A stretch of DNA of 64,000 nucleotides from Felis catus (taxonomy: Eukaryota). A program made the translations under genes and the position numbers. The stretch is taken from NCBI RefSeq assembly GCF_018350175.1, contig NC_058373.1, positions 106,518,001-106,582,000 of the forward strand. Reading direction: 5' to 3'. Every line of letters begins with the position of its first letter. Within the stretch, counting starts at the first letter, position 1. Below, in pieces: positions 13,391 to 24,569 of this stretch. The notes beneath the pieces are model-generated. The model made no database searches. It was not told the origin of the DNA and saw only the letters and a program-made list of their open reading frames with translations.

Positions 13391-14158
13391 AGTTAAAATC
13401 CTCGTCAGATAATTCAGATATCTGTGTCATCTTGGTGTTGATCATCCCTCTGTCATTGAAATTCAGATCTTCCTGGGTTCTGGTATGACAAGTGATTTTC
13501 AGTTAAAATCTGGACATTTGAGGTGTTTTGTTATGAGACAAAGATCTTTTTAAATGCCACACTAATAGGGAAGGGGGATACTGCCATATCACTGCCAGAG
13601 GAAGGTGGGAGCTTAGGCTCTCCACTCCATCTCATTACTGGGGAGCAGTGTTAAAACTCATACCTCTCCTCTAGGCTTCCTCTGTCACCACACTAGCTGG
13701 CAGGCCTATTAGGTCCCAGCCTCCTGCCTGGGTGGAGGCGGAAGCCCAGGACTCCAACATGGTCTCCTCTGGCACTGGGATCGTTGGGCAGGGCTGTTGG
13801 GGTGCCTCTCACAGCTTCTCATGGGTGGAAGTCTAGGCTCCTCACTCAGCATTTGCTGGTGGGATAGGGGTGGGGGCAGCTGTTTATTTTGTGGTGTTTG
13901 GCTGGAGCAGAGAAGTTAGTCAAAACATTTTCTGTCTTGTTAGGCTGTCCCTTTCCTGGTCATCTGGTGAGAGCAGGCTTTCTTGTGGGTGCTTTTTTCT
14001 GTGCCCATTGGCATTGCCCACTTGCTGGCTTCTCCCATACCCAGTCTGAGCTACGTAAGGAAAAAAGAAAACCCAGAGAACTCACTGCTGTGTCATCCTC
14101 AGTCCCAGAGTCCCTAGTAAGATTGCCTTCCTCTCTCCACCTTTCAGAGTCTTTTTAT

Positions 14159-14163
<5 letters not shown>

Positions 14164-14205
<42 letters not shown>
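14164..14205. repeat. (GT)n microsatellite
   Basis: Read directly. Confidence 0.95.
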
Positions 14206-14206
<1 letters not shown>

Positions 14207-15199
14207 CAGGGTTTTTAGCTCTACTTAGCAGGAAAGATAAAGAAAAGCATATTTGTTCCATCTTTCGAGAAGCATTAGTCTATTTATAAAAGACTTTAAC
14301 CTACAGAGCTATGAGACTTGCTTGCAGATACCCACAAGTCCACAGGACCAGCTGATTTAGTCTTGCCCTTGGGGGCAAGAGGTGGGCGCGATAGGTAGTG
14401 GCAGGAGCTGGCTTTCACTCTAATACCCTCTTTGGTGAGAGAAGCAGCCTCTTCCAGACCCACTCCCACACACATCTAAGACAGCTTCCTACATTTATTG
14501 CCTTTCCGTCTGCTGCCCGCACTCACTCCAGCAGGCCCCCATGAGCACACCTTAGCCCTGGTCAGTCACAGATCACTTATCAGGACATGAGGAATGGAGC
14601 CAAAATGCACTCCCCGTAGCCAAAATGTCTTCCAATGTGCTCCACCAGAACTCACTTCTCCCCACCCCCATTCTTCCTTGCTCTCCTGCCATTCCCTGCT
14701 GATACTTGGCTGAGGTCCAGGTGAGCACAGCAAGCATTTTCTATTAAAAAGCCTAAGGCTAAGGTAACATGACTTTTTCTCCGTCTTTGTTCTCCTAGAC
14801 CTCTCTTCTGCATCTGACAGTGCTGACCAGGCTTCCTATTAATAGCACCTTACAGATAATTAGTTCTTTCCAATTTGCATTTACCTCCCTGTGTTACTTC
14901 ATTTTACCTTCACACAGCTCCGTAAGACAGCCAGGAAACAGTATCATGCCCATTTTACATATGAAGAAACTGAGTCGTAAAGCAGAGTTGCCCACATTGA
15001 CATGGTATTAGGTGCCAGAGCCAAGAGGAGACAAATCTGCTCTCCCAGTCAGAGCTCATTCTATACCGTGCCATCTTGGCTTTCATGATACTCTCATAAT
15101 AAGAATACTTACCATTTGATTGCCAGACTCTCTACAATCCCTAGTACCACATACATTGCTATGGAATCTGAGGCTCAGGGAGGTTCAAAAATTTACCTA

Positions 15200-16220
15200 A
15201 TGCCACTCAGCTAGTAAGAGGCAAAGAGCTCTTGCTCTGTTCTTGGCCCTTTGTTCTTCCCATACGATGTACTCTCTTTCACAAACTGAACGTATTCTAG
15301 GGCTTCTCTTCTGACTTTCTATATGTATATCAACAATCCTGTTTTCATCTCTAAAATCCATTCTTTTATCTTCAGCACCAAGGGGAGACTTCCACTCAAG
15401 GTGCTCTGTCATCATATGAAGCCTCACATGACTAAAAATGAATCAATTACCCTCATCTCTCTAACCAGTTCCTCCTCCTATGTCTCTATATCAACATCCT
15501 CCCTGCCATAGGACATGGAACTTTAGAGTTGAATTATTCCTTTCCTCACCCCCTGTATTCTGTCAGTCACAAAGTCCTATGGAATGTTCCTGGGGAGTTG
15601 CTCATCTTTCTTCCTTTTCCTTCCCATGGCTATTTATTCAAGGCCCTGACCCTGACAGTGGATCAGGCTTCCCCACCAAGTTCATCTTCTATGCCACTGT
15701 GCAACAGTTTTATACAGTTTAACACAGCTTTATAATATTACATGCCCCACCCACAAGCTTTCAAAGGTCCCAGAATACATATACAAGGAGTCTAGAGTCC
15801 CGTGATAGCTTTCAAGCCCCCCAGAATCTGTCTCCCCTCACCCAGCTGGGCAGGTTCAACCAGCCTAGTCATTGGTCATCCCCAGGTCATCGCCCATATT
15901 TCTCCCCTCACCCCAACTGCCTTTCTGCTCACTTCTGCTTATTCCTATTCTATCTATAATTTAGGTCAAGGTCACACCCCACCTCTTTCAAAAGACCAGT
16001 AGCTCTAAGACCCATAAAATCACGAAGTTTGCACAGCACTTAAAGCTCATACCATCCATCCAAGCACCAGGCTGTACTCTGACTTGTTCACCTTTGTTTT
16101 GTGTGAGTTAGTCTTATCTCCCATCTAGACAGTAAGCTCAGAGGAATGGGGAATGGGGAGCTCACAGCTCCTAACAAAATGTTGAACATAATAAGGAGGG
16201 GCTCCAATAAATCTGTGCTT
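15200..16220 (+). mobile_element. Degenerate L2 LINE 3' region
   Basis: Pyrimidine-rich L2-like sequence ending in tagacagtaagctc...gctccaataaat; assigned by eye. Confidence 0.5.
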
Positions 16221-16945
16221 CTTGAAGTTTTAATATGCAGCTGCCAGACTTGTTTCCCTGGTTTGAGGTCTATGGATCACCTCCTGTGATCTTGAAACAG
16301 ACAACCTCCAGACAACATTTTGAGAAGTCCTCTCATTTTTCAGGATCAGTTGCAAAATTCATGCCAAAGATAGACATGACATTGGTTTTTATTCTTATGC
16401 TCATCAACCAGATCAACAATAACTTGAACACGCATAATTTTTGGTTATCCAAGGGTTGTTACTTGAAAATGCATCAAGATTTGCTATGCCTAAAACACAA
16501 TTCTAAGTATTTTGAAAGATATGATATACAACAAATTCCTCACATGCAAGAAGCAATAATTTGGTCTATTACTGGCTTTATAATAATCTCATGCAGTAGA
16601 TGAATTAGAAAATCCATTTGGGGATAAGACGTGGAAGTCAGAATGCAGAACTGTTCTAACTAAAAATGTAATTCATTAAGAAACCCAGCCAACATGGTTT
16701 TACAATGAATAATCTCACAAAAATATACAGAGGACTAAGGAGAGATTTATATGATGCTTTTAGCACCACAGAATTATTTAATGAATTCCCAAAATATTTT
16801 AGAATATGCTAAATATTTATGGAATTAGATATGGTAGCAAAAAATGAAAAAGATAGTCCAGGAAAAAGAATAAATAAAAGAGATGGTTGATATATCATGC
16901 TTCACGTTTAGGTTAATAACCCCAAATGGATAAAATTGAGTAGTT

Positions 16946-16949
<4 letters not shown>

Positions 16950-16994
<45 letters not shown>
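16950..16994. repeat. (GT)n microsatellite
   Basis: Read directly. Confidence 0.95.
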
Positions 16995-16996
<2 letters not shown>

Positions 16997-17039
16997 TTCT
17001 TAAGCAAGTATGTTATAATATGAAGTTTTTCCTTTTTAA

Positions 17040-17063
17040 AAAATTTTTTAATGTTTATTTATT

Positions 17064-17102
<39 letters not shown>

Positions 17103-17281
17103 CTAGATACAGAGTGACTGGGGGAGGGGAGCAGAGAGAGAGGGAGACACAGAATTTGAAGCAGGCTCCAGGCTCTGAGCTGTCAACACAGAGCCCGATG
17201 TGGGGCTCGAACCCACAAACCATGAGATCATGACCTGAGCTGAAGTCTGGCACTTAACCGACTGAGCCACGCAGGCATCCC
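17040..17281 (-). mobile_element. CanSINE
   Basis: Reverse SINE with long (GA)n. Confidence 0.92.
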
Positions 17282-18199
17282 TGGAGTTTTTCTGGACAAT
17301 GGAGAACAACAGAGTTGCAAGAAGGTCACAATTTTGTGGAGAGTGAACTTTTGGTAGTTAATTTGGAGTTAACCATGGTTTTTGAGATGGACTCTGTTTC
17401 TGGTTTCATTAGCGTGCTGTTTGCTTTTGAGAAATATGTTCCTGTTAAAAACCACAATGTAAAGTTAGGCACATTGTTTTCTTTTAGGAAGGTATAAAGT
17501 TCTTGGTATAGCTATAATACCTTCCTTTCAGAGTTTCGCCCAATAAACAACAACCTCACTTTTGCTTGAATATCAGTAACTGATGGGCAATCTATCTCTT
17601 TTCCAAGTAGTTCTAATTATTAGAACTTTCTCCTTCACTAAGTAAAAATCTGCTTCTCTAATTTTCCCACCATTCCAATTCTGCCCTGTGAAACCACCTG
17701 GGTCACATCTCTGCTTCATACGATTGTTTCCAGTATTTGAATTTAATATTCAGATCTCCTTTAATTCCTCCTTTATTATGGCTAAAAATTACTAATTTCT
17801 TCAACTGTTTCTCAAGTGGCATTTTTTCTAGAAGCCTCACAATCTGGTCACCCTTCTATCACTATTCTATAATCCATTAATGTCTCTCAAAGCATAGTAT
17901 CCGTTTGTTTAGTACAGGACTCCAAATCTGCCTAGAGCAGAATCTAGAGGAATTAGTACCTCATATAATGTGTACCCAAGACTTTCTATTAATACGATCT
18001 AAAATTACATAAGAGATTTTAGTAATTTCACCATACCACTAGCTCCTATTTAGTTAATTACAACCCTCGAAGTTCCCATCCCCCACCATGAACCATTTTA
18101 AGTTGCATCTCCTACGTTCTGCACATATTAAGTAGAGTTTGCAGCACCTACAATAAGGACTTTACATTTATAATTTTATAGGACACTGCTCTTCCTTCT

Positions 18200-19480
18200 C
18201 CTCTAAAAACCCCTAGCACTGAAGCTGAGGCCACTATGACCTTTCCTAAAGATATCAGCACTGAGTTCACCGTCCTTCTCCAATGTCTGCCATGGTTCCT
18301 TGTGATTTCAGTAATCATACAGATGACTATTTCACTCCTGCCCTTGACGTTCTTCTGGACCCCACTCCTCCAATGACCTTGTCTTCCACTCCTGCTCAGT
18401 CTCCTACTCCCCTCAATAACTGTGCCCCCTCCTTAATCTGTCTCCAACCCCACTCTGGAAGCACCACCTCTTATCCTTTCAGCTCCCTCACTCGGGAAAC
18501 CCTGGCCCATCTGTTCTTCTGCCCTGCCAGCACATGCAACCCATTTATATCATCTTCTCACTGTGCGTCATCCCCCTCTTGTCTTCCTTCCTTTCTCCCC
18601 GGATTCCATAACCCATCAGTATCCTCACTGCCTTATACACAGCTCACCTCCTCCATGGACCCTCTCTTTTTCTCAAAATCAAAACCAGTTCAACCATCCA
18701 CCTAATCCAAACCAATGCCCAGACAGCTGGACATGGCTGAAAAAAAAAAAATAACATGTACGATAACTAGTCTCACATCAAGCTCATGACCACAAATTCC
18801 AAGTGAGCCTGAGGGCTTCTCAGAATTCCCAGCTTCCCCTAGTCCTTTCACTCTGCTATTTTACACCATTTCATACTTTCTCCCCTCCCCTGAAACTTCC
18901 AGCTCCACTCCTGCCTTCATATGCTCTTGACCTTGCTTCCTATTTCATCGAAAATAGAAGCAGTTGGAAGAGAACCCCAACCTGTTCTCAGACCCATCCC
19001 TGTACCTGTGCCCCCCTCCTCTGTCTTTCCTCCAGTTATATCCACAAACTGTCCTAAAGTCCATCTACCGTCAACCCTCCACTATGCATTGGATCCATTT
19101 CCCCTCACCTACTCAGTTGCAAGAAATGCACTCTCTCTCCTACTTTATCCATCTTTCCATCCCTACTGAATTATTTGTATCACTTTATTTTTTAATGTTT
19201 ATTTATATATTTATATTTGAGAGAAAGAGAGTGAGAGCAAGAGCGAATGAGGGGCAGAGAGAGAGAGGGAGACAGAGAATCCCAAGTAGGCTCCATGCTG
19301 CCAGCACAGAGCCTGACACAGGGCTCAAACTCATGAACTGTGGGATCATAACCTGAGCCAAAATCATGGCTCAATCGACCGAGCCACCCAGGTGTCTCAC
19401 GTATTACTTTACTAATATGCTTTAAAGTCTCCCATAGTAAGAAAATAAATAAAACCTTCCCTTCTCTTGACCTCAATCCC
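18200..19480 (+). mobile_element. Degenerate L2 LINE fragment
   Basis: C/T-rich L2 ORF2-like sequence (gaccttgcttcctatttcatcgaaaatagaagc); assigned by eye. Confidence 0.55.
19186..19398 (-). mobile_element. CanSINE
   Basis: Reverse SINE. Confidence 0.9.
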
Positions 19481-20075
19481 ATAGATTGACACAAAGATAC
19501 ATAGGTTTTGTTTTCCCACAGCTGTGTGGTCTGAGCAAGTCATGCTCATGTTTATTGATCCTGTGTTGACCTTGGAAAACTAATTCATGTCCTTGTGCCC
19601 ATGTGGGTAGATGATCATAATCTCTTCTAGACAAGCTTCCAGCAATGACTTGGGAATAAGGAAAATGAGAAATGACACCAAAGGAATTGTTTCATTAAAC
19701 TAAATATTAATGTGACACAGAAAGATGTACATATTCTAGGAAACCACGATACTTAAAAAAGTAGGCATTCAATGAATGTTTACTAAATTGAATTGAACCA
19801 CAATGGTTTCTCACTTTGCAGATAATAAAAACTTTTTGTGATCTGTATCCTACTCAGGATACAGTATAGTGAGAAAAATAATACACAACTCACCTGCAGA
19901 ATCAGAAGTAGATGAACACTAGAATCAGAATAAGAAGTAGATGAACACTAGAAAAAAGATGGCAAGAAGGCCTATGGAAGATTTGAGGGGTAATGACCAG
20001 GATGGGTTTCCAGAACAGTGAGCTCATGAAGAGGAAGTTATGCTGGAAGCCTTGATAAAATTTATCATAATATTC

Positions 20076-20284
20076 TTTTTTTTAACATTTATTTATTTTT
20101 GAGAGACAGAGAGAAACAGAGCACAAGCGGGGGAGGGCAGAGCGAGGGAGACACAGAATCCAAAACAGGCTTCAGGCTCTGAGCTGTCAGCACAGAGCCC
20201 GACACAGGGCCAAACCCATGAACTGTGAGATCATGACCTGAGCCAAAGTCTGACGCTTAACCCACTGAGCCACCCAGGCACCCC
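20076..20284 (-). mobile_element. CanSINE
   Basis: Reverse SINE; flanking duplication gccttgataaaattta. Confidence 0.92.
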
Positions 20285-23200
20285 GCCTTGATAAAATTTA
20301 TAATCAATGTATTTTTAGGGTATGTAAGTGTTTCTAAATTTTAATGTAACCTGATTTGAATTCCCTATATGAAAGGACATATACATACTTTCTAGCAGAA
20401 ATATTGATTATAACCAGAGACTATGTCCAGAGAAATAAATTACATTAGAAATTATTTTATTTGAACCAGAATGCTAATAAAAACTAAAAAATAAATTTTT
20501 TGATTCTTCTTACATGTTCTGTAAAATATTGTAAAAGCATGTGCAGTGTTTCTTCTCATTTCAACAGAACTGTAGCTTTCTCAAAAGATGAAAGAAAACA
20601 GAAAACTGAAATTTACACCTTCTGAAGGGGATTACTGGGAATGACTCCAAATAAAAAATGTACACACATCTATCAAACACACCCACAGGTTAAGACAGTC
20701 AATCCAGCCTCCATGTGAATTTTAGAAGATGATCAGTAATGTATATGGTATAATTTACTGTATTAAACAGAACACAGGATATATAAAAACTCTGAAGTTA
20801 TTTAAATCATGATAGACAATTTATAGTTTTTCCCATAGAGTATCACATTGAGCATTTGAAAAATGTAAATTTATGAGCACTGTGATCCAAGTAAAGTAAA
20901 AATCTTTCTCTCTTCTCTCCCTCTCCAATCGTCTAGTAATTTAAGTCAAATTATCTATAAGTCGATATTACAGAAGGAAATCATATTTATTTATCTGGAC
21001 CATTCTCTATTCTGTTCTTCATTTTGCCTTGCATGCATGAAGCGGTCAATGAGTTAATTTCCAAAGCAACCATGAGTTAACTTCTTACCACTGCATTTTG
21101 CTCAAATGTTCTATTTTAAATTCTTCCTTTAAACAAAGGGCCATTCTTCTATCCTTGTGTTATTGTATGCTCCTTTTGAATGGTTTCCAGGAATAAAATA
21201 ACTGATCATGAAAAAACAAAACAGTTGCTCTTACCATCCTTTGTATAAAGTTATTAGATGATGGCACTGATTCATGATTTAACAACTCTAACATGTTGTA
21301 GCCTACACACGGTGTATTAAATGTTCCCTTGGCAACAGACATCATTTTGCATGCCCGTTATCAATTTTAGACATGAAAAATTGTAGCTTTAAAAGAGTTA
21401 CTTTTTTTAAGAACATGTCCAATCCACAAAAGGGACGGAAGCAATGAGAATACTAGAAACTACAGTGCAGTTTTAGTGATGTTTAAACACATTCATTGCA
21501 GGACATTACTAAGAAATATTTTTGGAAATGTTTCTTTAGGAACTTTAATTACCATCAATGTATAAAAATAAATAACAGAATTTCTGTCCAGATGGCATGA
21601 TTAGTGGTGTTCTTCAGAAAAAAAAAAAAAAAGCTTTTAAAATATCAGTATCTGTCTTACACTTTATAATTCTATCTGTAAAAGAAACAAAATCTGTTTA
21701 CAGTGCCTCATGCTCAAAGTCTAAGTTACTTCTTAGTTTGAGTCCCAAAGAGCACCATTCTTTTAAAAAAGTAAATCAGTGTAATAGGCTTCTTCTAGAT
21801 TTTGTCTCTGATAAAGTTAAAGATGTACTTACTGACTTTGCTTATAGGTTAAAACTGTCATAATAACAGACAAGGAAGCTGGCCCAGATTTTGTTTGGAT
21901 TTTTCAAGACCTAGTTGTTTATTTAGATATCATTTCTAGCATCTAGGTCTCTTATAGTAGCCTCTCCAGTATAGGAAATATGAAACATAAAGATTTAAAA
22001 CATTAAACAATCAACAACTATATGAGACATTCCTTCAAGCAGTGATAATAAACTAAAATTTTTCTATGTAAATATGCAAAGTATGTACTCCTTTTCCCTC
22101 CCTTCATTCTCCTCCCATCCAAACTTAGAATCATCATGTTCTATTTTATTAGTGTATTTATGGTCTAGGATAGGAAACCCCCAACACATTCAACAAAGCA
22201 AAATATTTCTCTAAATTTCTATAATAATAATGTTAAAAATTACAAATGCCTGCTTTGTGACAGGAGTTCTCCTAAGCATATATATAGCAACTCATTCTAG
22301 TGTATAGTAAGTTACTGAACACAGGGAACTTAGCTTCCTTTCCCCGGTTCCCCTAACCTTGGTGACACTAATGGGAGGTGGGCAATATTTAAAAAGAAAT
22401 AATTAACTTTGATGACAGTGGATAAAGGTTCTGAACTATGAGTTACAAGAATGATAATGGTAAACCAACAACAAAAAAAGGTGCCTCCCTTTGTCTATTA
22501 TCTTTTTCTACCTTCCTTTGCAATTATAAAGAGTTTTGTTTTCTTTTCATTTAGATGAAGAAGTTGAGAGAGGCGAGGCAGTCTTTCCTAGTCTTAAATC
22601 TTTCCCACCCCCACAGCCTGAGTTAACAATCAATATAAGACAAATAGAGTTTTATTTTCTTCCTTTTCTTTTTTTTTTTTCTGATTATGGTCCCCATTTT
22701 TTCTCTTTCCATCAGAATGTTTATGTTTTACTTAACGCATTCCCCAAACCTCCTTTCCTCAGCTCAAATCTCTATACTAACTAGATCAGAGTTAAGACTA
22801 CCTAATGCACTCCACCTGACCCTTACGAGAGCTGCTGGCTTCAGAAAGGGGTTCCCCTAAATCGGCTGCCAAAAGCACGCAGGCCAATCCCACCCCCTTT
22901 CCTTCCTCCGGAAGCACCCATCACCCCAGATCCTCAAGGGCTACGTGTCCAAATCTACACAACTCCCATTCCACTACAACAAAGCTTTTTCAGAAAACAA
23001 CACAACACGGCCCCTCTCGAACCTCCTGCCTGGAAACACAGGGCTGCCCAGGCCGGCAGCCCTTACTCAAAGCTCGCCTCCCACATCCTTTGGCCGGGAT
23101 GCTCCAAGGCCCTGGTCCCAGCTGGGCACCCAAGCGCTCCGGTTCTCGAAAGGGGGAGTCAGGCTGAGGGGGGCCGAGCCCAGGGCAATTTCCAAATGCC

Positions 23201-24036
23201 CGGGCCGTCCATACTGCCTGTAAACTGTACCTCGTCCACTCACCACCACCACTCAAGCCCTCTCACACCGCAGCCAGGCCGGCCGCTCTTAGGGGTTCCA
23301 AGTTTCAATAATGCTTCCTGCAAGATGGGGGCATCTGGGCAGTTGGGAAGGAAAGGTTGTGGGCGGGGGCAGCCACAACTCCCAACCCTCTAGCAACGCT
23401 GCCCCTCCAGAAAGAGACACACACACCTTGAGGTTTCTGTTTTCTGGGGCGAGGAGGAGGAGGAGGTGGAGGCCGGGAGAGGGGACTGGGAGGGAGTAGG
23501 GTGTGGCGATGTGTGGAGGGAAGGGGTAAGGAAGACTTAAGCCACATCCCTGCCCGGGACCGAGCCCGGTGTAGCGGCAGCCGGCCTGCCCGTCGCTTTG
23601 TTGTCAGCGTCCCCGGGAGCCCGCGCGCACGCGGAGCGCAAACACGCCCCAGAAAATCATCGCAACTGGCCGGGCGGGCCCTCCGGCCCCCAACCTCTTG
23701 GCGGAAGGAAGAAACTTGTACGCGGGCGCGCCGGCAGCCAGGATGCTGCCGTTTGCCCCTGAGGACAATTTTTAAAGCCCAGATAACAATGATAACGACA
23801 TAAAAAGAATTAATAGTATTTTGACTTCTTCGGAGCATTTGGAAGAAAAAAAAATTCCTGTTTTCTACAGTCCGCCAATATTCAGTCGCCCGTGGCGACG
23901 AAGCAGGGCTGAGGTTGGTGCTCCAGGTAGAGAGCGCGAGCGAGGTGCAGAGCCGAGCTGCGGAGCAGGGGACCGGCTGGGGGACCCGGGTCCCCGACGC
24001 CATTTGCGGGGCAGCGGCGCCCGTCGCCCGCCTTAC

Positions 24037-24277
24037 CTGTGGATGCAGTTTCCATGGCAACGGGCGGCGGCCGGGCGGGGCCCGAGTCCAGTTCCCGCGG
24101 CGCCGCGTCCCCGGCCCCAGCGCCCAACCCCCGGCCGGGCTCCCCCGCCTGCGGCGCCGGCTTGGCCCCTGTCGGCGTCACGGCTTCGTTCTCCCCCTCC
24201 CCCCGGTCCCCGAACCACTGGGACCCGGAGCCTGCCAGCGGCAGCAGCTCGTCTTGGGGATCGGGCGGCGCGGCCAT
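24037..24277 (-). CDS. RTN1: Reticulon-1 (long isoform, RTN1-A) coding exon 1: 80 codons + 1 nt, phase-1 intron follows
   Basis: Translates MAAPPDPQDELLPLAGSGSQWFGDRGEGENEAVTP...PVAMETAST, closely matching the human RTN1-A N-terminus as I recall it (MAAPGDPQDELLPLAGPGSQW...VAMETASTG). Strong Kozak gccagccATGG at 24277; donor ACAG|GTAAG after 24037; lies in a CpG island. Confidence 0.96.
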
Positions 24278-24404
24278 GGCTGGCGGTGCCCCCGGCGCGG
24301 CGACGGCGGTGTGGCGGGGCCGAGGTGCGGTGCCTGGGGCGGCCGGGCGCTCCCTGCTGCTGCCCCCGCCTGGACTCGGGGCTCGGGGAGGCTGCGGTGT
24401 CAGC

Positions 24405-24428
24405 GCCGCCGCCGCCGCCGCTGCTGCT
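24405..24428. repeat. (GCC)5(GCT)3 trinucleotide tract in RTN1 5' leader
   Basis: Read directly. Confidence 0.9.
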
Positions 24429-24542
24429 GCAACTCCGGCGGAGCCGCTGGCTGCCGCTCTCCCCGCTTCAGCTCCTCCTCCTCCCCCTCCTCTTCCTCCC
24501 GGCCCCGCCGCGGCCGCTGCTTGCGCTCCTCCTCCTACTCCA

Positions 24543-24569
24543 GCCGCCGCCGCCGCCGCCGCCACCGCC
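24543..24569. repeat. (GCC)7ACCGCC trinucleotide tract in RTN1 leader/TSS region
   Basis: Read directly. Confidence 0.9.

Larger units (their letters stand above)
12880..14280 (-). mobile_element. Old L1 5' UTR/ORF1 fragment interrupted by a SINE and (GT)n
   Basis: ORF 12896-13135 (EKIEDIMKNQREILGVTNTVTE) resembles the L1 ORF1p coiled coil. Confidence 0.65.
1..24036 (-). other. RTN1: RTN1 intron 1 (partial, runs off the left edge)
   Basis: Downstream of the exon 1 donor; no recognisable RTN1 exon 2 peptide in the window. Confidence 0.85.

Noticed and set aside
15371..15390. REST/NRSE-like TTCAGCACCAAGGGGAGACT
   Set aside because: Left half-site is good but the right half (GGGGAG versus GGACAG) mismatches at key positions; lies in a degenerate L2-like region.
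23882..24036. ORF continuation past the RTN1 donor (GKAGDGRRC...)
   Set aside because: Read-through into intron 1; the consensus donor at 24037/24036 explains the end of similarity.
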